From Candidatus Woesearchaeota archaeon (lineage in GTDB: Archaea > Nanobdellota > Nanobdellia > Woesearchaeales > GW2011-AR9): a DNA stretch of 64,000 nucleotides. The stretch is taken from assembly GCA_018664115.1 (NCBI GenBank), contig JABJOX010000004.1:10089-74088 (forward strand), read 5' to 3'. The notes under the pieces are model-generated. The model searched no databases. It was given only the letters and a program-made list of their open reading frames with translations, and was not told the origin of the DNA. Shown here one piece after another: positions 9,671-18,895 of the stretch (positions are counted from its first letter, which is position 1; each line of letters opens with the position of its first letter). The position numbers and the translations under genes are program-made.

Positions 9671-10378
9671 GTGAAATCTTCTCAGATGAATGATAAAAGA
9701 ATCAGGCTTGCTATAACACCAAGACATTTAGAGAATAGAGATGGTGAATTTTTTTCAGTACAAAAGAATTATTTAGATTTTTGGTCTAGTTATGGTTATG
9801 AACTTATTTTAATACCATTTATTGAAGATATGGATTTTGAGTCATTTTTTAATGAGTTAGGTATAAAAGGATTATTAATTGCTGGGGGTTATAAATATTA
9901 TTCTGAAAAGATTAGGGGATTTGAACATAAAGTTATTTCAGCGGCTTTAAACAAAAAACTTCCAATTATTGGTGTTTGTTGTGGACTTTGGAGCATTAAT
10001 GGTTTTTTTGGAGGAAAATTAAAATGGAACGAAAGACATAGTAAAAGAAATATTAAATTTGTTTCTCATTTTCTTTATAATAAAATTCTTGGAAGAAAGT
10101 ATATTCCGAAACACAAAATATTTCTCACTGGTGATATAATTAATAAATGTGAAGCAGAAGTTAACAGTTATCATAGAAAAGTAGTTAGTAAACTTGGTGA
10201 TGGTTTAAAACCTTTTATTTTATCTGATGATGGTGAAATTGAGGGGATTTATAATCTTGAGAAAAAAATTATTGCGGTTCAGTTTCATTTTGAACATGGT
10301 AATTGTAGTAAGTGGCTAGAAATAGATTGTATAAATTATATTAATAATCTATTTAATTTTAAAAATAATGGTGAATAA
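9671..10378 (+). CDS. Class-I glutamine amidotransferase-like / peptidase C26 (gamma-glutamyl hydrolase-like) protein
   Basis: PIIGVCCGLWSINGFFGG (nucleophile Cys in G-x-C-x-G) and a C-terminal AVQFHFE (His/Glu). Sits inside the insertion flanked by duplicated ugd 3' ends. Confidence 0.65.
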   Translation: MKSSQMNDKRIRLAITPRHLENRDGEFFSVQKNYLDFWSSYGYELILIPFIEDMDFESFFNELGIKGLLIAGGYKYYSEKIRGFEHKVISAALNKKLPIIGVCCGLWSINGFFGGKLKWNERHSKRNIKFVSHFLYNKILGRKYIPKHKIFLTGDIINKCEAEVNSYHRKVVSKLGDGLKPFILSDDGEIEGIYNLEKKIIAVQFHFEHGNCSKWLEIDCINYINNLFNFKNNGE

Positions 10379-10424
10379 TTATAAATTGAAATTTTTTGTT
10401 ATAATTGAGATCTGTTTGAGGTTA

Positions 10425-10583
10425 TATTAAAATTATTTTCATAGGGTGTTGGGATTTTAGAATTATTGACTATTATGGATTTAAAAAATTAATGAGAAAT
10501 AAAGTTTTGTTTAATATCCAAAATATTTATAAACTAAACGCTTTAAAAGAGAATGGATTTGAGTATTGTGGGGTAGGGAGGAA
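10425..10583 (+). pseudogene. Decayed duplicate of the 3' end of ugd (about 50 codons). Its stop overlaps the ATG of the downstream glycosyltransferase (ATGA).
   Basis: 10521-10583 aligns to 9281-9344 at about 84% identity (aaatatttat.aac.a....ctttaaaagagaa.ggatttga.tatt.tgg.gt.gggaggaaa). Weaker similarity continues upstream to about 10440. It translates as ...NIYKLNALKENGFEYCGVGRK*, compared with the ugd C-terminus NIYEPETLKENGFEYYGVGRK. Confidence 0.6.
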
Positions 10584-11441
10584 ATGATAGTATCTATTGT
10601 GATTATTTTTGATGAATTGAGGAAAGAGAAGCTTAATCGACTAATTAATTCTTTTAAAGATCAATTAAATCAACACGAATCAGAAGTAATATTGGTCCAT
10701 GAATCTATAGAAAAAGATAACAGTTTACATTTACCAACAAATTTCAAATATTTTATAGTTCCTCCTAAAAGGGGGATAGCATTTAATCGGAATAAAGGCA
10801 TAGAATACTCTAAGGGGGAAATAATTGTTTTTATTGATGATGATTGTTGGGTTCAGGAGAAATGGTTATCTTCTTTACTTGAATCTTTTAATGATAACAA
10901 GACTTTAGTAACTACTAGTGGAACAAGAATTCCCAAATCTAATCTTGTTGGTAACTGTATTTCTGCTTTAGGTTTTCCGGGCGGTGGTAATTTGGGCTTT
11001 GAAAAAGTTTGGAAAGTTTCTAATGAGGGTTATACCAATCATCTTGCTGTTGGAAATTCTGCTCTTAATAGAAAAGTTTTTGAATTAGTTGGCACTTTTG
11101 ACGAAAGTATGACTTTTGGAGCTGAAGATGCAGAAATATCTTATCGTTTAGAAAAAGCAGGAATATTAATAAAATATGTCCCTAATGCTTACGCTTATCA
11201 TGAAGCGAGAACTACTTTATCTTCATTTTCAAGATGGCAGATAAGGAGAGGAAGAGCAAATTATTATTTTAAAAAGAAGGTGGGTAAAGTGGGTAGTTTT
11301 ATTAAATTACGTCTGTGGTCGACTAAGAATATTTTATCGGAAAATAAATTCAATTTAAGACTTCCTTTAATTTTAATATTGTTATCTTTTAGTTTTGTTT
11401 TACAACAGATGGGTTACATTTATGAGAGGTTTAAAAAATGA
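10584..11441 (+). CDS. Glycosyltransferase family 2
   Basis: VFIDDDCWVQEKW (DxD region), GT-A fold pattern and C-terminal TM segment. ATG at 10584 is preceded by GGGAGG. The track start at 10566 is an alternative upstream start. Confidence 0.8.
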   Translation: MIVSIVIIFDELRKEKLNRLINSFKDQLNQHESEVILVHESIEKDNSLHLPTNFKYFIVPPKRGIAFNRNKGIEYSKGEIIVFIDDDCWVQEKWLSSLLESFNDNKTLVTTSGTRIPKSNLVGNCISALGFPGGGNLGFEKVWKVSNEGYTNHLAVGNSALNRKVFELVGTFDESMTFGAEDAEISYRLEKAGILIKYVPNAYAYHEARTTLSSFSRWQIRRGRANYYFKKKVGKVGSFIKLRLWSTKNILSENKFNLRLPLILILLSFSFVLQQMGYIYERFKK

Positions 11442-12907
11442 AAGTAATATTAGTGAATCCAAGAATTTATGATGTACCTAATCATCCTTTAGGTATACTC
11501 TATATCGCTGGTTATTTAGAAAAAAATGGTTTTGAAGTTGAAGTAATAGATCCTAATTTTGATGAATCTGCAATCGAAATTGCAAAAAAAATAATCTCTC
11601 TCAACCCCGACGTGGTTGGGATTAGTACAAGAACTCCACAATTTGATCATGCTAAAAATATTGCCTCTCATCTAAAATTATCTTCTGATATTCCAATTGT
11701 TTTTGGGGGTCCACATCCAACAGTTCTTCCTCAAGAAGTATTAAAAGAAAATTGTATTGATTTTGTAGCTATTGGTGAAGGCGAAATAACTTTTTCGGAA
11801 CTTTGTGAAGCTTTGAAAGAAAATAAGGGATTTAAGGATGTAAATGGTATAGGTTATAAAAAAAACGGAGAACTAATCTTTACAGAATCAAGGGAATTAA
11901 TTCCAGATTTAGATTCAATACCTTTCCCTGCAAGACATCTTCTTCCTTCAAAATGGTACTTTGCCCCTCCTAGAATAAGGGGGATATGGACAAAAAGCAC
12001 CGCTACTATTATGGCTTCAAGAGGTTGTCCATATCGGTGTATTTTTTGCGGAAGCCACCGTATTTTTGGAAGAAAAACTAGATTTAGATCTCCAGAGAAT
12101 ATTATTGAAGAACTTAAACATTTAAGAAATAAATACCATATTGATGCGGTCTGGTTTGCTGACGATACTTTCACACTTCACCCCGCTTGGGTAACCAAAC
12201 TTTGCAGTTTAATAAAACAGCAAGGGTGGAACGATTTTAAGTGGGTAGCGCAAGCAAGAGTTAATACTGTTAGTTATGAATTACTTAAAACAATGAAATC
12301 TGCGGGATGTGTGCAAATAGATTTTGGTGTTGAATCTGGTTCGCCAAAAGTGCTAAAAATATTAAAAAAAGATATAACACCTGAAAAAGTAATTGAGGCT
12401 TTTAATATTGCTAAAAAAGCAGGATTGCTTAGATATACTAGTTTTATTATAGGAACTCCGGGAGAAAAAGAAGAAGATTTGAGATTAACATTTAAACTCT
12501 TAAAAAAAATAAAACCTGATTATGTGGATTTTTATTTTATGACGCCTTATCCAGGTACAGAAGTTTACCAAATTGCAAAAGAATTAGGTGTTTTTGAAAA
12601 AGGTGTTTCTTTTAATAAATGGCTTCTTGGAAAACACAGTGATAAGCCAGTTATGTGTACAGATTTGTCTGAAAAAAAAATTATTGAATGGAGATCAAAA
12701 TTGTACAACGCCAGTTTTATTAGGAATTATAAAACTTTGATGAGAAATCCTTCTTTTATATTTGGGGGGTTGATGATAGCTTTTAAAGGAATTGGTGGTT
12801 TAAGAAAAGGATTAGGCCGTTTTTTTAAAACTGGCAAAATAGATAGTATTTTTGTAGAATTATTAGTAAATTATCGTATGAAAACAAAAAAACAATTTTA
12901 TAAATAA
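11438..12907 (+). CDS. Cobalamin (B12)-binding radical SAM protein (class B radical SAM, putative methyltransferase)
   Basis: N-terminal B12-binding Rossmann-like region (GILYIAGYLEKNGFEVEVIDPN) and radical SAM CxxxCxxC (ASRGCPYRCIFCGS). Confidence 0.8.
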   Translation: MKVILVNPRIYDVPNHPLGILYIAGYLEKNGFEVEVIDPNFDESAIEIAKKIISLNPDVVGISTRTPQFDHAKNIASHLKLSSDIPIVFGGPHPTVLPQEVLKENCIDFVAIGEGEITFSELCEALKENKGFKDVNGIGYKKNGELIFTESRELIPDLDSIPFPARHLLPSKWYFAPPRIRGIWTKSTATIMASRGCPYRCIFCGSHRIFGRKTRFRSPENIIEELKHLRNKYHIDAVWFADDTFTLHPAWVTKLCSLIKQQGWNDFKWVAQARVNTVSYELLKTMKSAGCVQIDFGVESGSPKVLKILKKDITPEKVIEAFNIAKKAGLLRYTSFIIGTPGEKEEDLRLTFKLLKKIKPDYVDFYFMTPYPGTEVYQIAKELGVFEKGVSFNKWLLGKHSDKPVMCTDLSEKKIIEWRSKLYNASFIRNYKTLMRNPSFIFGGLMIAFKGIGGLRKGLGRFFKTGKIDSIFVELLVNYRMKTKKQFYK

Positions 12908-12909
12908 AA

Positions 12910-13794
12910 ATGCAAAAAGTAAATCCTTTGATAAGTGTTATAATCCCCTCATATAATTCAGAAAGATTTATCTCAAAATGTTTATTTTCTTTATTATCTC
13001 AAAAAGTTGATTTTGATTATGAAATCATTGTTGTTGATAGTTCAAAAGATAACACTTCAGAAATAATAAAAGATAAATTTCCTTCCGTTAAACTTATCCA
13101 CTTAAAAGAACAAACCTTGCCGGGAGCGGGAAGAAATATAGGGATTTCAGAAGCTAAAGGTAAAATAATAGCATTTACGGATTCTGATTGTATTGTTAAT
13201 AATAATTGGCTCCAAACCGCTTTAGAAAGTATTAATAAGGGGTATAGTGTTGTTGGTGGATCTGTTAAAAACGCAAATTCACAGACACTAATTAGTATTG
13301 CTGATTACTTCCTTACATTTAACGAATTTCTTCCTACAATGCCAAAGAGAGAAGTTTTATTTATGCCCACATGTAACCTTATTTGTAAAAAAGAAGTTTT
13401 TGAAGATATCGGTGGTTTTCCTCCCCATTTAGCAGCAGGTGAAGACACTATTTTTAATTATAAAGCTTCCAAGAAGTATAAATTATTATTTAATCCAAGA
13501 ATAAAAATTAGTCACAATAATCGTGATTCTTTTAAAAAATTCTTTAAACATCATTATAATTTTGGATTACATGCAGCATTACTTCGAAAAAAATATAAAT
13601 TACCAGGTAATATATTTGTTAAATATCCCCCTTTGATTGTGTTAATTCCTTTTGTTCGTTTTTTTTTAATATCTTTAAGAATGGTCCGTTGGAATTGGAA
13701 AATGTTACCTTCTTTTATTGTTAGTTCTCCATTAATTTTCATTGGAATATTGATTTGGAGTGTGGGTTTTATGAAAAACATGTGGTGGTCTTAA
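12910..13794 (+). CDS. Glycosyltransferase family 2
   Basis: ISVIIPSYNSERFISKCL...TDSDC (DxD), GT2 pattern. Confidence 0.8.
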   Translation: MQKVNPLISVIIPSYNSERFISKCLFSLLSQKVDFDYEIIVVDSSKDNTSEIIKDKFPSVKLIHLKEQTLPGAGRNIGISEAKGKIIAFTDSDCIVNNNWLQTALESINKGYSVVGGSVKNANSQTLISIADYFLTFNEFLPTMPKREVLFMPTCNLICKKEVFEDIGGFPPHLAAGEDTIFNYKASKKYKLLFNPRIKISHNNRDSFKKFFKHHYNFGLHAALLRKKYKLPGNIFVKYPPLIVLIPFVRFFLISLRMVRWNWKMLPSFIVSSPLIFIGILIWSVGFMKNMWWS

Positions 13795-13853
13795 TAACAC
13801 AATAAAATCATTTCATCATAAGTTTTTTAAATGATACCCTCTGCAATCAATAA

Positions 13854-15035
13854 ATGCGAAGATCCTATCTTAATTTGTTGAAATACTATTTTATTAAAAA
13901 TCCTAAAACCCCTATCCAATTAATTCATTTTGTAACTTCAAAATGCAATGCTAAATGTAAACATTGTTTTTTTTGGAGTAAACTTAATTCTAAAGATGAA
14001 TTATCTTTAGAAGAGATAGATAAATTTAGTAAAAGTTTACCTGATTTGATTATTTTAAACATAAGCGGCGGTGAACCTTTTATTCGTCAAGACTTTGCAG
14101 AAATAATAAAAACTTATTATCGTAATACTCCGGTTAAAGAAGTAGCTGTTCCGACTAATGGTACTTTTACAAGTAAAATTGTAAAAGATTGTATTGACAT
14201 TTTAGAAAATTGTCCTGATTTAAATTTAAATGTGGTTATTTCTCTTGACGGCCCTGAAAATATTCATGATGAGATTAGGCAAGTTAATGATTGTTTTAAT
14301 ATGGCAATTAAAACTTTTAATGAATTAAAATTATTACAAAAAAAATATTCTCACCTGCAACTTTCAGTAATTTCAACTTTAACTTCTATTAATCAGGATA
14401 AATTAGAAGAATTCCATAGTTATGTTAAAAATGTAATGAAACCAGATGTTTTTGGGCTAAATTTAATTAGGGGAGAAGCAAGGGTGATGAATTTATTTGG
14501 AGTTGACTTAAATAAGTATAAACTTTTTTTCCAACTTCAATCTAAATCTTCTAAAAAAGGAATTAAATCTATAATTAGAGATTATATGAATAAATTAAGA
14601 ACTGGAATGATAATAAAGACTATAGAAAATAAAAAATTTATCATTCCTTGTAAAGCAGGAAGTTTGATGGCGGTAATATATGAACAAGGAGAGGTATATC
14701 CTTGTGAACTTTTAAATAATAAATCTTTAGGTAATATTAAAGATTTCAATTATAATTTTAAGAAATTATGGGCGTCACAAAAAACTAAAGAGACTTGTAA
14801 GTTTATTAGAGAGACAAAATGTTATTGTACCCATGAATGTTTTCAGAGGTTTAATATTATTTATAATCCAAAATTTATCACTAAACATGCTAGTAAAGCA
14901 ATATTCAGAAAATCAAAAATAATTAATGCTCTTAAAATCAATTATGAAGAGAAAAATAATCAGCAAGAGATGGTTGAAATAGGACAATTAAGAGGAGTAA
15001 GACATGATTACAAAGAAAATTACAAAGAAAAATAG
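13854..15035 (+). CDS. Radical SAM protein with C-terminal SPASM/twitch-like Cys cluster
   Basis: FVTSKCNAKCKHCFF (CxxxCxxC) plus downstream Cys-rich stretch CKAG...PCELL...CKF...CYCTHECF. Confidence 0.75.
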   Translation: MRRSYLNLLKYYFIKNPKTPIQLIHFVTSKCNAKCKHCFFWSKLNSKDELSLEEIDKFSKSLPDLIILNISGGEPFIRQDFAEIIKTYYRNTPVKEVAVPTNGTFTSKIVKDCIDILENCPDLNLNVVISLDGPENIHDEIRQVNDCFNMAIKTFNELKLLQKKYSHLQLSVISTLTSINQDKLEEFHSYVKNVMKPDVFGLNLIRGEARVMNLFGVDLNKYKLFFQLQSKSSKKGIKSIIRDYMNKLRTGMIIKTIENKKFIIPCKAGSLMAVIYEQGEVYPCELLNNKSLGNIKDFNYNFKKLWASQKTKETCKFIRETKCYCTHECFQRFNIIYNPKFITKHASKAIFRKSKIINALKINYEEKNNQQEMVEIGQLRGVRHDYKENYKEK

Positions 15036-15101
15036 GGTGGTTTAGAAAATTAATAATTTTTTAAATCAGTTTATTTTCATATCAAATAGATTTAATTATT
15101 T

Positions 15102-16019
15102 ATGTCTCTGATTATAATAATCTTTATAAATTACCTATTAATCATAACACTAATGTTACATAAACTTATGAATAAATATAATCGGTTTTCATTATTTCGT
15201 TATTTATATCATGGTTTTTTCCGGTTGTACTGTGATCATGTTAGTGATTACGTGATGATATCTTTTCCTAAAAGTGGCCATACTTGGTTAAGAGTTATGC
15301 TTGCCAAAGCATTTTCACTTCATTATGGTCTTTCTTCTCTTAATCTTGATCTTATTTTAATGGCAAAAGAAAAAAAAGGGATTCCAAAAATTGCTATTTA
15401 TCATGAAATATCTCCATTATTCTCAGTTAACTTCAGTTTAAAAAATAAAAAATTTTTGGGTTCATACGCAGAATCTGAAAAGGTTTTCATACGCACTCCT
15501 CTTAAAAAGAAAAAAATTATTTTTCTTGTACGAGACCCCAGAGATGTTGTAGTGTCGTTATTTTTTCATTTGACAAAGCGAAACAATTTTTATTTTAGAA
15601 ATGAGATGTCTCATTTTCTTAAAGAACCATTTAGTCTTACTAAAATCTTAAATTATATGAATCTTTGGTGTAAGGAAATGCAACGACGCCCAAATGAATT
15701 TTTATTTATTCGTTATGAGGATATGAAAACAAATACTGCAGAACAGTTAAGAAGAGTATTAGATTTCTTGGAAATAAATGTATCATATGATATTTTGAAT
15801 GAAGCTGTTGCTTTTGGTTCAATTGATAACATGCGTAAGATGGAAAAATGCAATTTGTTTGCCGATTATCGTTTGCAAGCAAAAAATCCAAGTGATCCTG
15901 AATCTTATAAAGTAAGAAAAGCTAAAGTGGGTGGTTATACTGATTATTTAAATCCTCAAGACTTGGAATATATAAATTTACGAATAAGTAAAGAGCTAAA
16001 TTCTGTATTTGGATATTAA
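15102..16019 (+). CDS. PAPS-dependent sulfotransferase with N-terminal membrane anchor
   Basis: 5'-PSB motif ISFPKSGHTWL (PKSGTTW-like) and 3'-PB motif VRDPRDVVVS (RDPxDxxVS). Hydrophobic N-terminus MSLIIIIFINYLLIITLML. Confidence 0.8.
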   Translation: MSLIIIIFINYLLIITLMLHKLMNKYNRFSLFRYLYHGFFRLYCDHVSDYVMISFPKSGHTWLRVMLAKAFSLHYGLSSLNLDLILMAKEKKGIPKIAIYHEISPLFSVNFSLKNKKFLGSYAESEKVFIRTPLKKKKIIFLVRDPRDVVVSLFFHLTKRNNFYFRNEMSHFLKEPFSLTKILNYMNLWCKEMQRRPNEFLFIRYEDMKTNTAEQLRRVLDFLEINVSYDILNEAVAFGSIDNMRKMEKCNLFADYRLQAKNPSDPESYKVRKAKVGGYTDYLNPQDLEYINLRISKELNSVFGY

Positions 16020-17455
16020 CTTGATTTTTTTAAAATTGATTTTACTAATTTTAGGTCTTTGATTGTGATTTCATTTAGAATTATGAGAATTAAAAAATAA
16101 GTTATTAACCATACCCCATAGTGGATTAATAGTTTCCACCCTGAAGAAATAGTTCTTGTTGCCATTATATAAATAATGAATGAGGATATAACAATTCTAA
16201 TGAATGACTTAGCAGTTATAATGACGGTTCTAAATCTTTTATATATGTAAATTAATGATAATAAAACACTTAAAATTGCAGTTATTAATAATGAGATGGC
16301 AGCTCCAATGGCGCCGTATATTGGGACAAAGATTAATGTAAGGGTGAGAGATAAGAATACACCTATCGTGGTTATAATTAGATCTATATTTGGTTTTCCT
16401 GCCCCATTGATTATAGAAGCGAATACTCTAAAAATAGAAAAGCAAGTTGTACTTATAATTAATATACTTAGAATGGCCCCCGCTGATACAAATGAGGAGG
16501 TATAAAAAAAGGTTACTAATTCATCTGCCGTTGTTGCAACAATAATCATGATCGGGGTGATAAGAAGTAGTAAATATCTTGTTGATTGACGAATGTATTT
16601 TTGAATTAGTTTATTGTTTTTTTCCGAAATGGCTTTTGAGATTGAAGGCATTAAAGTGAGGGATAAAGGTTGAAAAATAAGAAAAGAAACATTTGATAAT
16701 GCTGCAGCAGCGGTATAGAATCCAATTAAAGAATAATCTATACCTAAAAGTTTTAGAATGAATGGATTTGCGTTTTTAATAATTGTAAAGTTAATTGCAG
16801 TTAAAGTAATTGGTATTGAAAAATTAATGAGTTTTTTATTTTTAAATTCTCCAGTTGATTTCATTTTATCTTTAAGATAATAATGGCTAAGCCATATTGT
16901 GAGTGTAACTGAAATAAAATAACCCACTAGTATCCCCCAAATCTTAAATCCCATTAATACAAAAAGGAAAACTAATCCCACTCGAAGAATATGATGAACA
17001 CTTTTGACAATGGATTGTTCAGCGAACATACGTAGACCATTTAGATATCCGTTTGTGTAGAGTGAACGAATAGCTATTGGAACAACCATTATTCCCATGA
17101 AAATTATATAATACGTGAGGGAAGAATCTTTTAGTGCTTTAGCAATTAGTTTGGAAAAAATAATGTAAATAAATCCAAAACTTAATGAAGAATAGAGTTG
17201 TAATCTAAAAGATTTTACAAAAATATTTTTAAGACCATTTTTAGATTCTGCGATAAATTTTGAGACCGATCTTGGAATTCCGGTGTTAAGAAATGAAGTA
17301 TTTAAAAGATAAAGAGACATAAGTACGCCAAATATACCATAAATTTCCGAACCCAAAATTCTTCCAATTCCAATATTAATACTATAATTTGCGAGAACCG
17401 CTAGGAACTGAGCAATTATTAAATATGCAGTTCCACTAGCCAATTTTTTCTTCAT
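16016..17455 (-). CDS. Polysaccharide/oligosaccharide flippase (Wzx-like, MOP superfamily)
   Basis: 479 aa, about 12-14 predicted TM helices, with a Wzx-like layout. Confidence 0.7.
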   Translation of the reverse strand: MKKKLASGTAYLIIAQFLAVLANYSINIGIGRILGSEIYGIFGVLMSLYLLNTSFLNTGIPRSVSKFIAESKNGLKNIFVKSFRLQLYSSLSFGFIYIIFSKLIAKALKDSSLTYYIIFMGIMVVPIAIRSLYTNGYLNGLRMFAEQSIVKSVHHILRVGLVFLFVLMGFKIWGILVGYFISVTLTIWLSHYYLKDKMKSTGEFKNKKLINFSIPITLTAINFTIIKNANPFILKLLGIDYSLIGFYTAAAALSNVSFLIFQPLSLTLMPSISKAISEKNNKLIQKYIRQSTRYLLLLITPIMIIVATTADELVTFFYTSSFVSAGAILSILIISTTCFSIFRVFASIINGAGKPNIDLIITTIGVFLSLTLTLIFVPIYGAIGAAISLLITAILSVLLSLIYIYKRFRTVIITAKSFIRIVISSFIIYIMATRTISSGWKLLIHYGVWLITYFLILIILNEITIKDLKLVKSILKKSS

Positions 17456-18327
17456 TTTTTAGCAAGAAAAATAACTGCGTTTCCAAAACTGAATGGTCGT
17501 TTTTTAGAATCACTCCATTTTTGTAATTTTAATGATAGTTTTCTTGGAAGTATACTATAGTTACTATAAAATCCTCCTGCTCCACATCTACAAATAGTGA
17601 AACCAGCTTTTTTAATGAGAAATCTTAAACGTTTTGGTGTTATCAAGTTTTTTCGAGGAAGTTTTGTTTTTTTAATTAATCTGAGTTTTTTTTTACTTTT
17701 AAGATTGAATATAATGGCTATGAACAGAATCCAGTTTAAAATAAATGTATTTCTGATATAGAACTCATATTTCCCCCCAGTAATAATTGTGTAAATGACT
17801 TTAAATAATCCGAAAGGATTATCAAGATAATGTAACCCATAAAGATTTTCTTGACCGATGATAAAATATCCTCCTCTTTTAAGAACACGCTTTGCTTCAC
17901 GAAGACATTGCAATGGTGATTCCATATATTGCAAGAACCCTATGCCAAATACAACATCAAAGTAATCATCTTTAAATTGTAAATTTTTTGCATCCCCCAC
18001 ATTGAGACTAAATTTACCTTCAGTATTCGTAACTTTATAACAATTTTTTCTTGCAATTTTACAAAGGGTTTCTGAAATATCAATACCATGAAGATAATAA
18101 CCTTTTCTTATAATTTTAGCTGAAGTTATTCCTGCTCCAAATCCCAGTTCCAGAATTTTTGATTTTTGTGGCATGTTAAGGCTATCTAAAAATTTTATAA
18201 CCTTTTGTTCTCTTGCTTTTAGTCTTAAACCCTGAAAATCTTCTTTATAATAATAATCTTCCCATTTTGATTGTTGATCTGAATTCCACCAATCTTCCGA
18301 ACTCTTTTGATTTATATTTGAATCCAT
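17452..18327 (-). CDS. Class I SAM-dependent methyltransferase
   Basis: ILELGFGAGITSAKI (motif I, GxGxG) ... DVVFGIG. Overlaps the flippase by 4 nt. Confidence 0.75.
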   Translation of the reverse strand: MDSNINQKSSEDWWNSDQQSKWEDYYYKEDFQGLRLKAREQKVIKFLDSLNMPQKSKILELGFGAGITSAKIIRKGYYLHGIDISETLCKIARKNCYKVTNTEGKFSLNVGDAKNLQFKDDYFDVVFGIGFLQYMESPLQCLREAKRVLKRGGYFIIGQENLYGLHYLDNPFGLFKVIYTIITGGKYEFYIRNTFILNWILFIAIIFNLKSKKKLRLIKKTKLPRKNLITPKRLRFLIKKAGFTICRCGAGGFYSNYSILPRKLSLKLQKWSDSKKRPFSFGNAVIFLAKK

Positions 18328-18895
18328 AATTTAATTATCACTCCATAATACTTTAATTTATTGTTTTTATTTTTTGTTTGAAAGTTTAGTTATTAATTTA
18401 TTTATAATTAATATGGTTCTTTTATCTGTTTTAAGTTACTTTTTGAATTTATTGACTTTATTTGTTTTTCTTAAAACAAATAATCCCTTACTTTTTAGTA
18501 TTTTTCCCATAATATCTCTATTTTTTGTCGGTTTAAAAATATTATGTAACTATCAAGTTAAGTTTCTAATTTTACACTAAAAAGTTAAATTGGTATTACA
18601 GAGATTCCTTTAAGAGATATCTTTTTATTGTACCATTTCTGATACTTCTTTAGTGTTTCGAATAACTATTCTAAGAATATCTTTAAGTAGTTAAGAAACT
18701 CTTCTGCAATATTCCGGATTGTTCTTTCAACTTTTTATTTACCTTATGGATAATACGAGTGAGCAAATATTGGTTCTATATCATAGGCTTTGCATAATTT
18801 CTCCTATTTTTCATTTTTTAAAAATGTATACCTCAAAAGTTTACTTAATAAATTCACAACATTTTTAAAGTAACAATTTTTTACTAAAAATAGAT

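Noticed and set aside
9319-9693. 124-aa plus-strand ORF overlapping the ugd 3' end and the AT-rich spacer
   Set aside because: It starts inside ugd in another frame and runs through low-complexity AT-rich intergenic sequence. It has no motifs and is likely spurious.
18374-18580. 68-aa hydrophobic ORF in the long intergenic region
   Set aside because: Its composition-driven hydrophobicity (poly-Leu/Phe/Ile from T-rich DNA) is typical of random ORFs in AT-rich spacers. It has no start context or motifs.
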